Below are positions 1 through 11,700 of a stretch of 64,000 bases of DNA, one piece after another; position 1 is the first letter of the stretch, and every line of letters begins with the position of its first letter. Location of the stretch: the IMG/VR virus record IMGVR_UViG_3300030382_003905, positions 4,399 to 68,398 of that record; one strand, 5' to 3'. Below the pieces are notes generated by a model, which saw only the letters and a list, made by a program, of their open reading frames with translations, was not told the DNA's origin and ran no database searches. The position numbers and the translations under genes were made by a program. Source of the DNA: a virus.

Positions 1-2
1 CT

Positions 3-128
3 GAGTTTACTTACAAAGATCAAATAATTCGTGATGCCATAATGACAACTCAAGAAGATGTCAAAGAGATGAAAGAGACTTTAAAATTATTGGAAACACG
101 AATTTTTGAATTAACAAAAGAAAGATGA
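3..128 (+). CDS. 3' end of a coiled-coil hypothetical protein (partial)
   Basis: Open frame EFTYKDQIIRDAIMTTQEDVKEMKETLKLLETRIFELTKER*; its TGA overlaps the next ATG (ATGA). Confidence 0.7.
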   Translation, partial: EFTYKDQIIRDAIMTTQEDVKEMKETLKLLETRIFELTKER

Positions 129-463
129 AATTATGGATAATAATATTATTTTTAATTCCCACTCTAACTTTTGCGCAATCTTTTAAAGACGGTATTGTTG
201 TAGTTCAGTATTCTGCTGACTTTGTCAAAGCCAACGAAATAGATATTAGCAAGTTAGAAGGGGCTGACTTGATCCGTATGGCTATGACCGATCATCCAAA
301 AATTTTTGAAAAAGAAAACATAAAGTTTCTACCTACCGTATGTCTGTATCATAACAGAAAGTTGGTAGTAAAGGTAGAAAGCGATATATCATTGAAGCTT
401 CCCGAGAACACATTAGAAAAAATCCAAGAACATATTAACAAGATAGTAAAAAGTAAATTTTAG
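125..463 (+). CDS. exported thioredoxin-fold protein lacking CXXC
   Basis: Signal peptide MKLWIIILFLIPTLTFA/Q; VVVQYSA strand; IKFLPTV cis-Pro loop; no CXXC. Confidence 0.6.
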   Translation: MKLWIIILFLIPTLTFAQSFKDGIVVVQYSADFVKANEIDISKLEGADLIRMAMTDHPKIFEKENIKFLPTVCLYHNRKLVVKVESDISLKLPENTLEKIQEHINKIVKSKF

Positions 464-465
464 AT

Positions 466-1758
466 ATGAAAAGAAAAGACAAAACTAAACTACTAACTAA
501 TAAGGTTATACTTGTTGTAGTAGTAATAATTTTAGCCCTGTTTTGCGTAGCATCTCAGGCTCAAGAGGCACAAGAGTTAGATCCTGTAGAAGAACAAAAA
601 TTAATAGAGGGATTTGAAAAAACTCAAAAGAAAGGTAAGTTTTTTAAAAAGGTTTATGAAGACCTGTTAAGGTACGGGACTATTTATGTTGCAGGAGACA
701 TAAGCACTCCTTACCAAAAACAATCTATTGATTATATAGTTAGAACCAATCCCAGCGGGAGTCTGTATGATGTTCCTGTGGTCGAAGACGCCACTGAGTA
801 TCATGAATTTGATTACAGATACGGTTTTGGCATAAGAAGAATTGCGCGATTTGATTATGAAAATAAAGAAAAAGCCTATTATGATGGCACAGAAAAAAAC
901 GTAGCCCTATCCGCCCCTACTGCTGCATTTAACGGATGGGAGTATTTATTTCATTGGGAGCGAGAAAGAGAAAGAGGTAAGGTATTTACTAATCACCGAT
1001 ACTTTCTTAGGCATACAGGTAAGCATCACATTGCTAAAATCGAATCCCGCGAGGAAGGTAATGTAGGCTTTAAATACCAATCAGCTGAAGTGAGAGGAAG
1101 ATTGCCAATCGGAAAAAAGTTTAGTATTTCCGCAGGAGTCATTGCCAGAACTCACCAGCAAGCTTTTGGTTATAATCCTGTAGAGATATGGCTGAATGAA
1201 ACCAATGAATTTGGTAATGCTGTAAATCCTTGGTATACTTTAGGATTTGAATATGGTTATGATGACCATTTTGTTACAATAGAATATGAGGGAGAAACCA
1301 TATCTGATTGGTATTGGACAGACCCTGATGGCAATGTGGTAGCACATACAGATTTAGAGTTTCGTGAGACGGTTTTTGCTGATCTCATGAATCGATACAA
1401 CAGAGAACAATGGGCGCTGTTAGATGCGTTTGCGGAAGTTGCGCCAATTATCGGAGCAGACTGGTATACCTATACTGAGAAAATCTGGGTACATGCGTAT
1501 GCCAATTATATATTACCTTATCATCATTATTTCAAAGGAGATGAGGCTTTTAGTTATTTAAATAGAAACAACCAAGGAATGGGTGGACCAACAATAGATG
1601 GAGATGAAGGATATGAACAATGGGAAGATTATCAGGCAGGATTAATTCTGGGCTGGAACATTAATTCAAAATTAGGTATATTTGTAGAAGGTGAATATAC
1701 CAAGTTTTGGGACACCGAAATATTTAAATCAACTATTGGCTTAAACCTTGAATTGTGA
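466..1758 (+). CDS. putative outer-membrane beta-barrel protein
   Basis: Signal-like N-terminus ending ASQA/QE; aromatic-rich amphipathic strands (GLILGWNINSKLGIFVEGEY, STIGLNLEL). Confidence 0.55.
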   Translation: MKRKDKTKLLTNKVILVVVVIILALFCVASQAQEAQELDPVEEQKLIEGFEKTQKKGKFFKKVYEDLLRYGTIYVAGDISTPYQKQSIDYIVRTNPSGSLYDVPVVEDATEYHEFDYRYGFGIRRIARFDYENKEKAYYDGTEKNVALSAPTAAFNGWEYLFHWERERERGKVFTNHRYFLRHTGKHHIAKIESREEGNVGFKYQSAEVRGRLPIGKKFSISAGVIARTHQQAFGYNPVEIWLNETNEFGNAVNPWYTLGFEYGYDDHFVTIEYEGETISDWYWTDPDGNVVAHTDLEFRETVFADLMNRYNREQWALLDAFAEVAPIIGADWYTYTEKIWVHAYANYILPYHHYFKGDEAFSYLNRNNQGMGGPTIDGDEGYEQWEDYQAGLILGWNINSKLGIFVEGEYTKFWDTEIFKSTIGLNLEL

Positions 1759-2213
1759 TAATAAGCGATCATATAACTTATGCGGAAGCTATACATTCTA
1801 ATACGGCAAAACGTAAAAGAATAGACAACACACCTAATCCAACGCAAGTGGATGCGATGAAGCTTACGGCAGAACGGGTGTTTGAACCGCTGCGTGAATG
1901 GGTAGGAGGACCAATTAAAGTTAATTCGTTCTTTCGCTCTGTTGCGCTTAATGAGGCGATTGGGGGGGTATCCAGTAGCCAACACTGTAAAGGTCAAGCA
2001 ATTGATCTCGATGATGTTTATGGTCGGAAGTCAAATGCAGAAATGTATCATTGGATTAAGGAAAATATTTGTTTCGACCAGCTTATATGGGAATTTGGAA
2101 CGGACATGAACCCTAACTGGATACATGTATCGTATGTCTCAAAAGAGGATAATAGGAATAGATGCTTAAAAGCTTATAAGGAAAGTTATAAAACTAAATA
2201 TAAAGTGATATAA
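1755..2213 (+). CDS. endolysin, peptidase M15 family (Zn D-Ala-D-Ala carboxypeptidase-like)
   Basis: SFFRSxxLNxAIGG, SxSQHCKGQAID and WIHVS motifs; GTG start. Confidence 0.9.
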   Translation: MIISDHITYAEAIHSNTAKRKRIDNTPNPTQVDAMKLTAERVFEPLREWVGGPIKVNSFFRSVALNEAIGGVSSSQHCKGQAIDLDDVYGRKSNAEMYHWIKENICFDQLIWEFGTDMNPNWIHVSYVSKEDNRNRCLKAYKESYKTKYKVI

Positions 2214-2229
2214 TTATAAGGAGCTTACA

Positions 2230-2382
2230 ATGAAGGATTTAAAAAAAATACACGTAACATTACAGGAGATTTGGGCAGCTACTAAACCTAATGTTTATAA
2301 AAACAAAAAGAAGTATAATAGAAAGAAAAAATCCCCCGTAAGTCACAGTCAAACATATTTTAATAATGGAATAGGATTATGA
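2230..2382 (+). CDS. 50-aa basic peptide, ArfA-like (absent from ORF track)
   Basis: MKDLKKIHVTLQEIWAATKPNVYKNKKKYNRKKKSPVSHSQTYFNNGIGL*; fills the gap and overlaps the holin start (ATGA). Confidence 0.65.
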   Translation: MKDLKKIHVTLQEIWAATKPNVYKNKKKYNRKKKSPVSHSQTYFNNGIGL

Positions 2383-2789
2383 GTAAAAAAAAGTTCAAAG
2401 ACACGAAGGTAGGGCAGTTTTTATTGCAAAAAATTCCTAATGTAGTTGGAGCAATAGCAGGAAACACTCCTGTGGGCGGAGTTATAAAAGCTATAATTGG
2501 AGGCTCGGATATGAGCGCAGAAGATAAAGCAATAGCTCTTGAAAAGCTCAAATTGGAAGAAGCGGAAATGGAAGCCATTACCAGGCGATGGGAGGCCGAT
2601 GCACAGAGTGGATGGTTAGCAGCTAATGTAAGACCATTAACATTGATATTTTTTTCTATAGCTTATATAGTTGGTTGGTATTTAGATTATCAATTAGATT
2701 CTGTAGCAGGAGTCTTATCTTTAATTGTTGGAGCATATTTCGGATCGAGAGGAATTGAAAAAGTAATGGGCAATAACAGGCATAAATAA
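2379..2789 (+). CDS. holin (GTA/3TM-holin-like)
   Basis: RWEAD..SGWLAANVRP motif, C-terminal TM helices, YFGSRGIEK; next to the endolysin. Confidence 0.8.
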   Translation: MSKKKFKDTKVGQFLLQKIPNVVGAIAGNTPVGGVIKAIIGGSDMSAEDKAIALEKLKLEEAEMEAITRRWEADAQSGWLAANVRPLTLIFFSIAYIVGWYLDYQLDSVAGVLSLIVGAYFGSRGIEKVMGNNRHK

Positions 2790-2794
2790 AAAGA

Positions 2795-3532
2795 ATGGCA
2801 AGAATTAGTACCTATGTAAATCAAGATGTTGTCCAGGCGGATGATAAATGGATTGGAACAGATGCGCGTTTTTTAAATGCAACAAAAAACTTTACTGCTC
2901 AGTCAGTAGCGGATTTTTTAAACTTAGATGCCAGGATTGAATTAGATGTTCCTCGGTTTTATTACCAAATAATAGACGCAAATATTCCAGGGCAAACAGT
3001 AAGAAACTCAGGAAGTATTACTTTTGACCCTCCGCAAGATTCGCTTGTAGCTTTTAATACGGTTGCAACCTTTAGATTAAGCAAAGCTCAAATAGGACAC
3101 CCTACTGTAAATATATCTTCATGGTACAGCTCACCATTAGTTGGTTCTTCGGTTATAATCTCTAAATGCTCCGATATATCTCAGTGGGGTATATTCTCCT
3201 GGGTTTCCTCAACACAAAACGGGGTTGATGCTAATTTTTATGACATCGTTGTTGCTCATACGGCAAGCAATGGCGGCTTCGAACATAATGAAGATTATTT
3301 TATATCTTTGTTGGACTATGGAACGAATGTTCCTGGAGACAAAAATTATGTAGCAAACCTCACTCCAGCTAATGCAGTATTTGTGGTTAATCATAACTTA
3401 AACAAATATCCCGCAGTCTCCACAATAGATACGGGAGATATAGCGGTAGAGTGTAATGTGCAGTATAACAGCTTAAATCAATGTACGTTGACGTTTAATG
3501 ATCAATTTACTGGAAAAGCATTTTTTAATTAG
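2795..3532 (+). CDS. virion/tail-associated protein
   Basis: MARISTY..DKWIGTD N-terminus; C-terminal HNLNKYPAV beta domain; start of the fibre cluster. Confidence 0.55.
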   Translation: MARISTYVNQDVVQADDKWIGTDARFLNATKNFTAQSVADFLNLDARIELDVPRFYYQIIDANIPGQTVRNSGSITFDPPQDSLVAFNTVATFRLSKAQIGHPTVNISSWYSSPLVGSSVIISKCSDISQWGIFSWVSSTQNGVDANFYDIVVAHTASNGGFEHNEDYFISLLDYGTNVPGDKNYVANLTPANAVFVVNHNLNKYPAVSTIDTGDIAVECNVQYNSLNQCTLTFNDQFTGKAFFN

Positions 3533-3551
3533 AAAATAAAGAGACAATATT

Positions 3552-5735
3552 ATGGCAGACAATAAATTTTATGTTGACATTAACGCCTTAAACAACGAGG
3601 TACAAAATTTTAAAGTTGACAATGAATCATCAGACCCGTCAGGTTTAACTGGAGAAGGTCAGTTAATCTATAGAACAGACACAAATGTTCTTAAATATCA
3701 CACAGGCTCTGATACCTGGGTAGAGGTTGGAACTGGCTCTGGCTCTGGTTCAGTAACTTCGGTTGCATTAACAGAAACAGGAACTGCCTTAACAATAACA
3801 GGCTCTCCAATAACAACATCTGGAACTTTTAATATAGCAGGAGCAGGCACATCTTCACAAGTAATACTTGGAGATTTATCCTTAGCAACATTGCCAGTAA
3901 GTGGAGTTACTTCAATAGCAACTACCGCCCCTATAACAGGAGGTACTATAACAACTACTGGAACAATAGCAATTAGTAATGCAGCAGGCACTACAGTAGG
4001 TGCGGCTGCATTAGATGCTGGGGCTGGCATAAGTTTATCAGATTCTTCTGGAGTTTATACAGTTACTAATTCAGGAGTTACAAGCATAGTGGCTGGAACT
4101 AACGTTACTATTAGTGGAGCAACTGGTGCTGTAACAATTAACGCAGATACACAAGGAGATCTAACAGCAATAGCAGCTTCAACAGATAATGACCAATTAG
4201 GTATTGAAGTTGTTAACCCAACTGGACCTATTCCAGAGGTAGGAGTAAATATTATTGGGCAAACAAATTTAGGTGCTACAGCAGCAGTTGGTGATGAGCT
4301 TCTTATTTATGATCTTGACACAACAACAAACAAATCTATTACAGTAGCTAATTTATTAGCAGCTGCTCCTCAGGGAGATCTAACAGGTTTAACAGCGGGG
4401 ACAGCTATATCTATTACAGACCCTACAGGACCTGTACCTACTATAAATAACACAGGTGTAACCTCTGCGGTTGCAAGTACAGGTATTAGTGTAAGTGGTG
4501 CGACAGGAGATGTAACCTTTACCAATACAGGTGTAACCTCTGCGGTTGCAGGATCAAACATAAGTGTTTCTTCAGCAACAGGAGCAGTAACAATAGCTTA
4601 CACAGGCGGCACAGGCTCAATGTCAAGCTGGATAGTATCAGACGGTACTACTACACAAACTATAGCTGATGGTAATACACTATTAGTAACTTCACCAGCA
4701 GATGATACCGCAAAAGCGGGTATTGATCCTGTTGTAAGTGCCACGGACACACTAACTTTAAATCTTGATTTAGAAGAAATAAACACAGTAACTTCAGTTG
4801 CAACTGGTGACTTCCTTATTTCTTCTGCTGTTTCAGATGATGATAACCAAAAAATCACTGTAGCAAACATTCACTTAGATCAATGGGGTGATGCAGAAGC
4901 AGATGTTGATTTTGGTGGAAACAAATTATTAGATGTTGCTGACGGTGTTGCGAGTTCAGACGGTGTTAACTTAGGTCAGGTACAAACTTTAATTGCTGGC
5001 ACAGGTCAATTTAAGGGAGGGTATAATGCTACCACTGGTCTAACAACCGATTTAGGTGGAGGTAATGGTTCTTTAGATGGAGCAAGTAACATTGCTTTAG
5101 ATTTAGGAGATTTCTTTGTAGTAACTGTAGATGGTAGTGCTTTTTATAGTACAGCTCTTGAGGTTGGAGATATGATCTTTGCTAACCAAGATATATCAGC
5201 ATCTTCTACTCCTGCTGAATCAGTTTATACGGTTGTTATTCAAGATCAAAACATTGCAGGCGCTGGAGCAACAGATGGAGCAACAGAAAAAGGTGTAGCT
5301 GGATTTGATTCTGATAACTTTAGTGTAACAGCTAATGGTTGGGTTACTTTAGATACCACAGGAGTAACTGCAGCAGCTTATGGGTCAGCGTCTGAAACAT
5401 TAACAGCAACAGTTGATGCACAAGGTCTGGTAACAGCGATGGCCGATGTTAGTATTTCTATTACAGCCTCACAAGTAAGTGATTTCTGCACAGCGGTTGC
5501 AACATGTGTGGCAGATGAATCTGCAGTAGCTACTATAGGAAATGGATCATCTAATGAAATTGATGTAACACATACTTTAGGGCAAGATGTAATAGTACAG
5601 GTTGTTGATTTAAATAATGATTATGCTCAGATTTTCCCTGAGATTCAAAGAACATCAACAACTAATGTTAAAATTTTAACTAATACGCCAATAGCCGCCA
5701 GTGGAGCGAAAGTATACATACAAAAAGTATCCTAA
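3552..5735 (+). CDS. tail fibre protein 1 (G/T/S-rich repeats)
   Basis: 727 aa with repeated GVTSxxAGxxIxxSxATGxVT units. Confidence 0.75.
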   Translation: MADNKFYVDINALNNEVQNFKVDNESSDPSGLTGEGQLIYRTDTNVLKYHTGSDTWVEVGTGSGSGSVTSVALTETGTALTITGSPITTSGTFNIAGAGTSSQVILGDLSLATLPVSGVTSIATTAPITGGTITTTGTIAISNAAGTTVGAAALDAGAGISLSDSSGVYTVTNSGVTSIVAGTNVTISGATGAVTINADTQGDLTAIAASTDNDQLGIEVVNPTGPIPEVGVNIIGQTNLGATAAVGDELLIYDLDTTTNKSITVANLLAAAPQGDLTGLTAGTAISITDPTGPVPTINNTGVTSAVASTGISVSGATGDVTFTNTGVTSAVAGSNISVSSATGAVTIAYTGGTGSMSSWIVSDGTTTQTIADGNTLLVTSPADDTAKAGIDPVVSATDTLTLNLDLEEINTVTSVATGDFLISSAVSDDDNQKITVANIHLDQWGDAEADVDFGGNKLLDVADGVASSDGVNLGQVQTLIAGTGQFKGGYNATTGLTTDLGGGNGSLDGASNIALDLGDFFVVTVDGSAFYSTALEVGDMIFANQDISASSTPAESVYTVVIQDQNIAGAGATDGATEKGVAGFDSDNFSVTANGWVTLDTTGVTAAAYGSASETLTATVDAQGLVTAMADVSISITASQVSDFCTAVATCVADESAVATIGNGSSNEIDVTHTLGQDVIVQVVDLNNDYAQIFPEIQRTSTTNVKILTNTPIAASGAKVYIQKVS

Positions 5736-5750
5736 CTTGGCCTATTTGCT

Positions 5751-5758
5751 TATATTTG
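5751..5758 (+). promoter_or_regulatory. Bacteroidota-type -7 promoter element TATATTTG
   Basis: Matches TAnnTTTG; intergenic, 6 nt upstream of the next ATG. Confidence 0.45.
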
Positions 5759-5764
5759 TAATAT

Positions 5765-8700
5765 ATGGCTAATAATATTTTTTATACTAATATAGTACCA
5801 AGCGCAGACAATTCTGTAGATTTAGGTACTACTGACTCTTTAGATTTTAAAACTTTATATATTAGAACTATTGATATATATAACCAAAGAGTTAATATAT
5901 CCTCTACTGGCACTTTAGCTACATTTGCAGACCACACTTCAGTAGGAGACGGAATTCAATTCTCCCACTTGGGAACAGAAATACTACGACTTGGAAATGG
6001 CAGTGATACATCTGCAACTTTTGCAGGGGACATCGCAGCAACTAGCGGTAAACTAAATATCACCAGCGATGGATCAGCTGCTAGTGGAGCAGAAATATAT
6101 TTAAAACACGCTAATAATAATACCACTGATACTATAGGTACTATATTCTTTGGTAACAATGCTGATGACACTCTTTCTTTAATAGTTGCTGAAACCAACG
6201 GTGCTAATAATACAAGTAATTTAAAATTTAGAACAAGCAACGCTGGTACTTTAGAAACTGCTCTTACTTTAAACGCTGATAATAGCGCAACTTTTGTAGG
6301 TACTGTAGATATTGACACTATTAACGAAATAGGTAGTGATACAGATAAAATCCTTATGTCTGACGGTGGTACAGTTAAATATGTAACAGGTGCTAATTTA
6401 TTATCTTATATAGGTGGAGGAACAGGAAGTGGCAATGTTTCAAACACTGGGACGCCACTTAATAACCAGGTAGCTATATGGACAAACGCCACTACAATAG
6501 AAGGAGACGCGGATTTAACATTTGACGGAACTCATTTAACAGTAGGTACTGGAGGAAGTATATACTCAGGGGATGATTTTGTTTTACCGACTTTAGGTAC
6601 AAGTGGGTCTCCGAGTAATCATTATTTAATGTGTAACAATACTTCTACGGGAGGAGGCAAATTATATGTCCAAGCAGGAGCAGGTTCTTCAGGGTATGGA
6701 GGAGGATTAATTTTATATGGTCATTCTCACGCAAGTCAACCAGGATGGATAAAAGCAGGAATTTCTTCTGGTTCTGGAGGAAAATTTGGTGTAAACACAC
6801 AAGGTCTTGGAGGTGGTACAGATGTATTCACGGTAGATGCTTCAGGTGTTGTATCTATAACTGCCGATGGTAGTAATGCAGCTACGCTTACAGAAAGTGA
6901 TAGTGGTGATTTTACTATTGCTTCTACTGATGATTTAAGATTAGATTCAGGCGGTAATGATATAGTATTAAGAGGAGCAAGTAGTCAAGAATTTGGTAGA
7001 TTATCAAATGATGATGGTAATTTCCGTATTAGAAATATTACAAGTGATAAAGATATTAATATTGAAGGAAATGATGGTGGCTCTACAATAACAGCGCTAT
7101 CATTAGATATGTCTGCATCTGGTTACGCTACGTTTTATGATGGCGCAACTCTTTCAGGACACGTAATTATTAGTGATGCAGGAAATGGAAATTCGCCAAT
7201 ACTTTCAGTTACAGATACAGCCGACACAGAAGCTGCTTGGTTTACAAGTAATAGGGCAGGAGACACAGGAGGATATATTGCAATAAGACATTTGCCTACA
7301 ACAGCAGCCGAATCTAATAGGACAGGTATTAAGTTTCAAGCAAAAGATGATGGAGATGTTGTAACCACTTACGCAGCAATAACTCAATATATAAAAGATT
7401 ATACAGGAGGAACAGAAGATGGTTATTTAGCATTTAGTACAATTCAAAATGCTACTTTAACAGAAGTTATGAGAATAAGTGACAATGTAGGAATAGGTTG
7501 CACAGACCCAACAGGAAAGTTGGAAATTCAACAAGCACAAGTAACAACTCAATTTGATAGAGATTGTTTCTTAAGATTACACCCATCTGCAACCACAGAT
7601 GCAGGTGGCTTTACAAATATGTTTTTTGGTACTTCAACAACTAATAATTATGGAGTTGCTATAGGTGGTAAAAGAGAGGGTACAGGAGATGGAGAGCCTA
7701 CTTTTGCTATTAGAATGTTAGATGATGGTATTACAGGAACAGAAGTTTTAAATATTAATAGTACTGGTGATGCAACTTTTGCAGGTAGTGTAACCATAGG
7801 TAGTATTGCTGAAGTTGGTAGTGATACTGACAAATTCTTAATGTCAGATAGCGGGGTAGTTAAGTATGTAACAGGAGCTAATCTTGCTACTTATATAGGA
7901 GCAGCTGTTGGAGCTGATTACTTACCTCTCGCTGGTGGCACTATGACAGGTGCTATAACCATGCCTAATAATATAGGTATAACTTGGTCAACTGGATCTA
8001 TAAGAACAGAGAGTAGTGTTTTAAAATTAGTAGGTAATAACGGCATACAATTACAAGATAATACTCAAATATATTTTGATGGTGGTGATGCCCCTGTAAG
8101 TTTAGACATACATAATGCAGGTACTGCCTCTGGGGATGATGCTAAAATAACATTTGAAACCCAAGCTGCAATGGACTGGGCTATTGGTATTGATAAAAGT
8201 GATAGCAATTCATTTAAAATCTCAAGACATCAGAATTTAGGAACTAATGATGTTTTTAGCCTTACAACTAACGATGCAACTTTTGCAGGTGATGGGGATT
8301 TTGATGGTCATGTTAGTGTAAATAAAAATAACACATCAGGCGTAGCTTTAACTATAGGTGGAGAGTCAGGAAATGGAATTAAAACTCAATACATTTTTGG
8401 GGGCACGGGTCAATATAATTGGCAAATTGGAACATCAACCCACTTTTCTCAAACATTATCAATAACCCCTTCAAGCGCAACTGCGGGTACTACATTTACA
8501 ACTCCAATTCTAAACTTAGATGGTTCAAATAATGATGCAACTTTTGCAGGTACACTTACCATACCTAGCTATATTTATCATACAAGTGATCCAAGCGATG
8601 ATACTTATTTTGGATTTAGTGCTAATGATACTTTTACAGTTTATACAGCTGGAGGTGAAGGATTAAATATTGATTCAAATAGAGATGTAACTCTTACAGG

Positions 8701-11700
8701 TAGTTTAACTATTCCGCGATATTTACAACATGCTGGTGATACTGACACATATTTAGACTTCCAACCTGATAGAATAACTCTTAGGGCAGGTGATATAGAA
8801 TTTGTAGATTGTATAGAGGCCGCGCAAGACGCACTTACTTTAGGTGGCGCTACGGATATAGATGTTACCATGAGGGGTGGTGATGGATATATATTTATAC
8901 AAGGCAGTAATGGATATATAGGTATAAATGACATAACACCTTCTTACCCATTAGATGTAAATGCTAATACATATATAACAGGCACATTAACTGTATCAGG
9001 AAACACGACTCTTTCTACTATTCCTTCAGTTGGTTCTGATACTGATAAGTTCTTGATGTCTAACGGTGGTTTGGTATCATTTGCAACAGGTGCAGAGGTG
9101 CTATCTTATATCGGAGCTGGAACAGGAAGCGGTAGTGTTACTTCAGTTAATGCTACTCATGCAGGAAACGCATTTACTGTAGGTGGTGTTCCCGTAACAT
9201 CTGCAGGAACAATTGCTGTTACAATGGCAGGATCTTCTTCACAATATATAGATGGTGCAGGTAATTTAGCAACATCTGCAGATTTACCTTTTGTAGATGG
9301 AAGTGGTACAGCTAACAAAATTACTAAATGGTCAGACACAGATACTGTTACCGATTCAAGTATTACTGACGATGGCACTGACGTGAATTTTACATCACCA
9401 GTAATTATAACAGATTCTTTAGCTGACTATTCAACCCCATTTATTACACTATGGAATGATACAAATGGTGGAGGAGCAGGATTTGAATTTAGTGATCAAG
9501 CTAGTAGTAGAGCACAAAAAGGATATTTAACATTCTATCACTCAGATGGGATGTCACAAGGTGGTGGAGCTTCTATGCATTTAACAAGTACTGAAACCGA
9601 TTTTGTTATGGTTGTTGGAGGCCCTTCAACTAATGGTAGATTTTCGGTATATAGTGGAGCAAGTAACGCAGAACCTGATTATGGTTTTTATGATGACCAA
9701 GACACAGGAATGTTACGACCAGAAGCTAATAATCTTAGATTTGTAACAGGTGGTACAGCAGCTTTAGATTTAAATAGTTCACAAACAGCATCTTTCTCAG
9801 GTAAAGTAACTATCGCTAGTATTGCTTCAGTTGGTTCTGATACTGATAAGTTTTTAATGTCTAATAGCGGGGATGTAACATTTGCAACGGGAGCTGAAGT
9901 ACTGTCCTACATAGGTGCTGCACCTTCATCAGGAGGTGCGTATTTACCACTTGCTGGTGGTACAATGACAGGAGATGTCATATACAATGATAATGTTAAA
10001 ATTAAGTTAGGCACAGGGGGTGGAAATTCTGACATATATCACAACGGAACAGATATGTTTATTAGACAACATACTGCGGCTGGAGATATGCATTTTTCTG
10101 CTGATAGCACAGGTAGTGGTGGAAGCTCTACTGCATATTTTGCTTTAGATGGGGGTGTGGTATTAACAAGATTTTATAAAGGTGCTAATTTCAATGATGA
10201 TGTAAAACTTAGTTTTGGAGATATAACTGTTCCTGGAGATTTAGAAATTTGGCATGATGAAGATAATAGTTATATAACTGATACTGGAACTGGAAGTTTA
10301 AAAGTAGGTGCTGCTAATTTTCATTTAATGAATGCAGATCATACTGAATATATGATGACTGGTACTCCAGATGAGGGTATGATTCTTTATTATAATAATG
10401 TTGTAAGATTAACTACAGATGGTTCAGGAGTTACCATCTCGTCTGAATTAGCATCAGGTACAGCAAAATTTACAGATAATGTTTATATGTCTGGCGGACA
10501 ACTATATATTGGTGCATTAGATAGTTCAACAGATGATACATATAGGATATACCAGTCATCAGGACAATTTATTTTAGCGTCAAGAGAAAGTGGAACTTGG
10601 ACTACACGTATGGATATAGATACATCTGGTCATACAACTTTTGCAGGGACTCTTACAGTTTCTACTATAGATGAAGTTGGAAGCGATACTGATAAATTTT
10701 TAATGTCAGATTCTGGTGAGGTTAAATATGTAACAGGTGCTAACTTAAGAAGTTATATTGGAGCTGGTACAGGAAGTGGCAATGTTTCTAATACAGGTAC
10801 TCCAGTTAATAATCAAGTTGCTATTTGGACGGATGCAACTACAGTTGAAGGAAGTGCTAATATGACATTTAGTGGAACTGTTTTAACAGTTACAGGCGGA
10901 ACTTCTACAGAATGGGATACTGCGTACACAGACAGATTTAAATGGAATGGCACATCAACAGGATTACTTGCTTCAACAGGTAGAACATCATTAGGGGCGA
11001 CCACTATAGGAGCAGCTTATTTCATGCTTTCTAATCCAGGAGCAATTACATTCCCAAGACAGAATGCTGATAATACACTATCTTCTTTATCTGCTTCAGA
11101 TTTTAGAACAGCAATTGGTGCAGGAACAGGAAGTGGTACAGTAACTGCTGTAACAGCCACTTCACCTATAACATCTACAGGTGGAACAACTCCAGTAATC
11201 GCTGCTGATACTGCCGCGGTAACCAATGGGGGTAGTAAGTTAGCAACTGGTGATCAAATATATGACTTTGTTAATGATAATTATTTAGCACTTGGTGGCG
11301 GCACAATGACTGGAAATATAGTTTTATCTACTGATGCTCAAATAGAACTTGATGTTACTCCAGGCTCAGGAAATGCTTCAGGGACTATAATTAAAATTTG
11401 GAGCACAGCAGTTACTTATGGAATGTGCTATGCTTTAGTACAATCTCCTGGGCCAACTGGAGGCTGGGAAGATGCAATGTCTAATGATGATCCAGAATAT
11501 GCTATTAATTTATTAGGTATTGCAGTTGGTACAAATTCTGTAACTCATGGTATGTTAACCCAAGGAGTTTTTTATTCTTCTGGTCATGGTTTTGAAATTG
11601 GAGCACCTTTATATTTAGCAGATGACCCTGGAGCACTTATGAACTCAGTTCCTGGCAGCGGTGAGATAGCAAGGGTAGTAGGACATGCTATATCTGAGGA

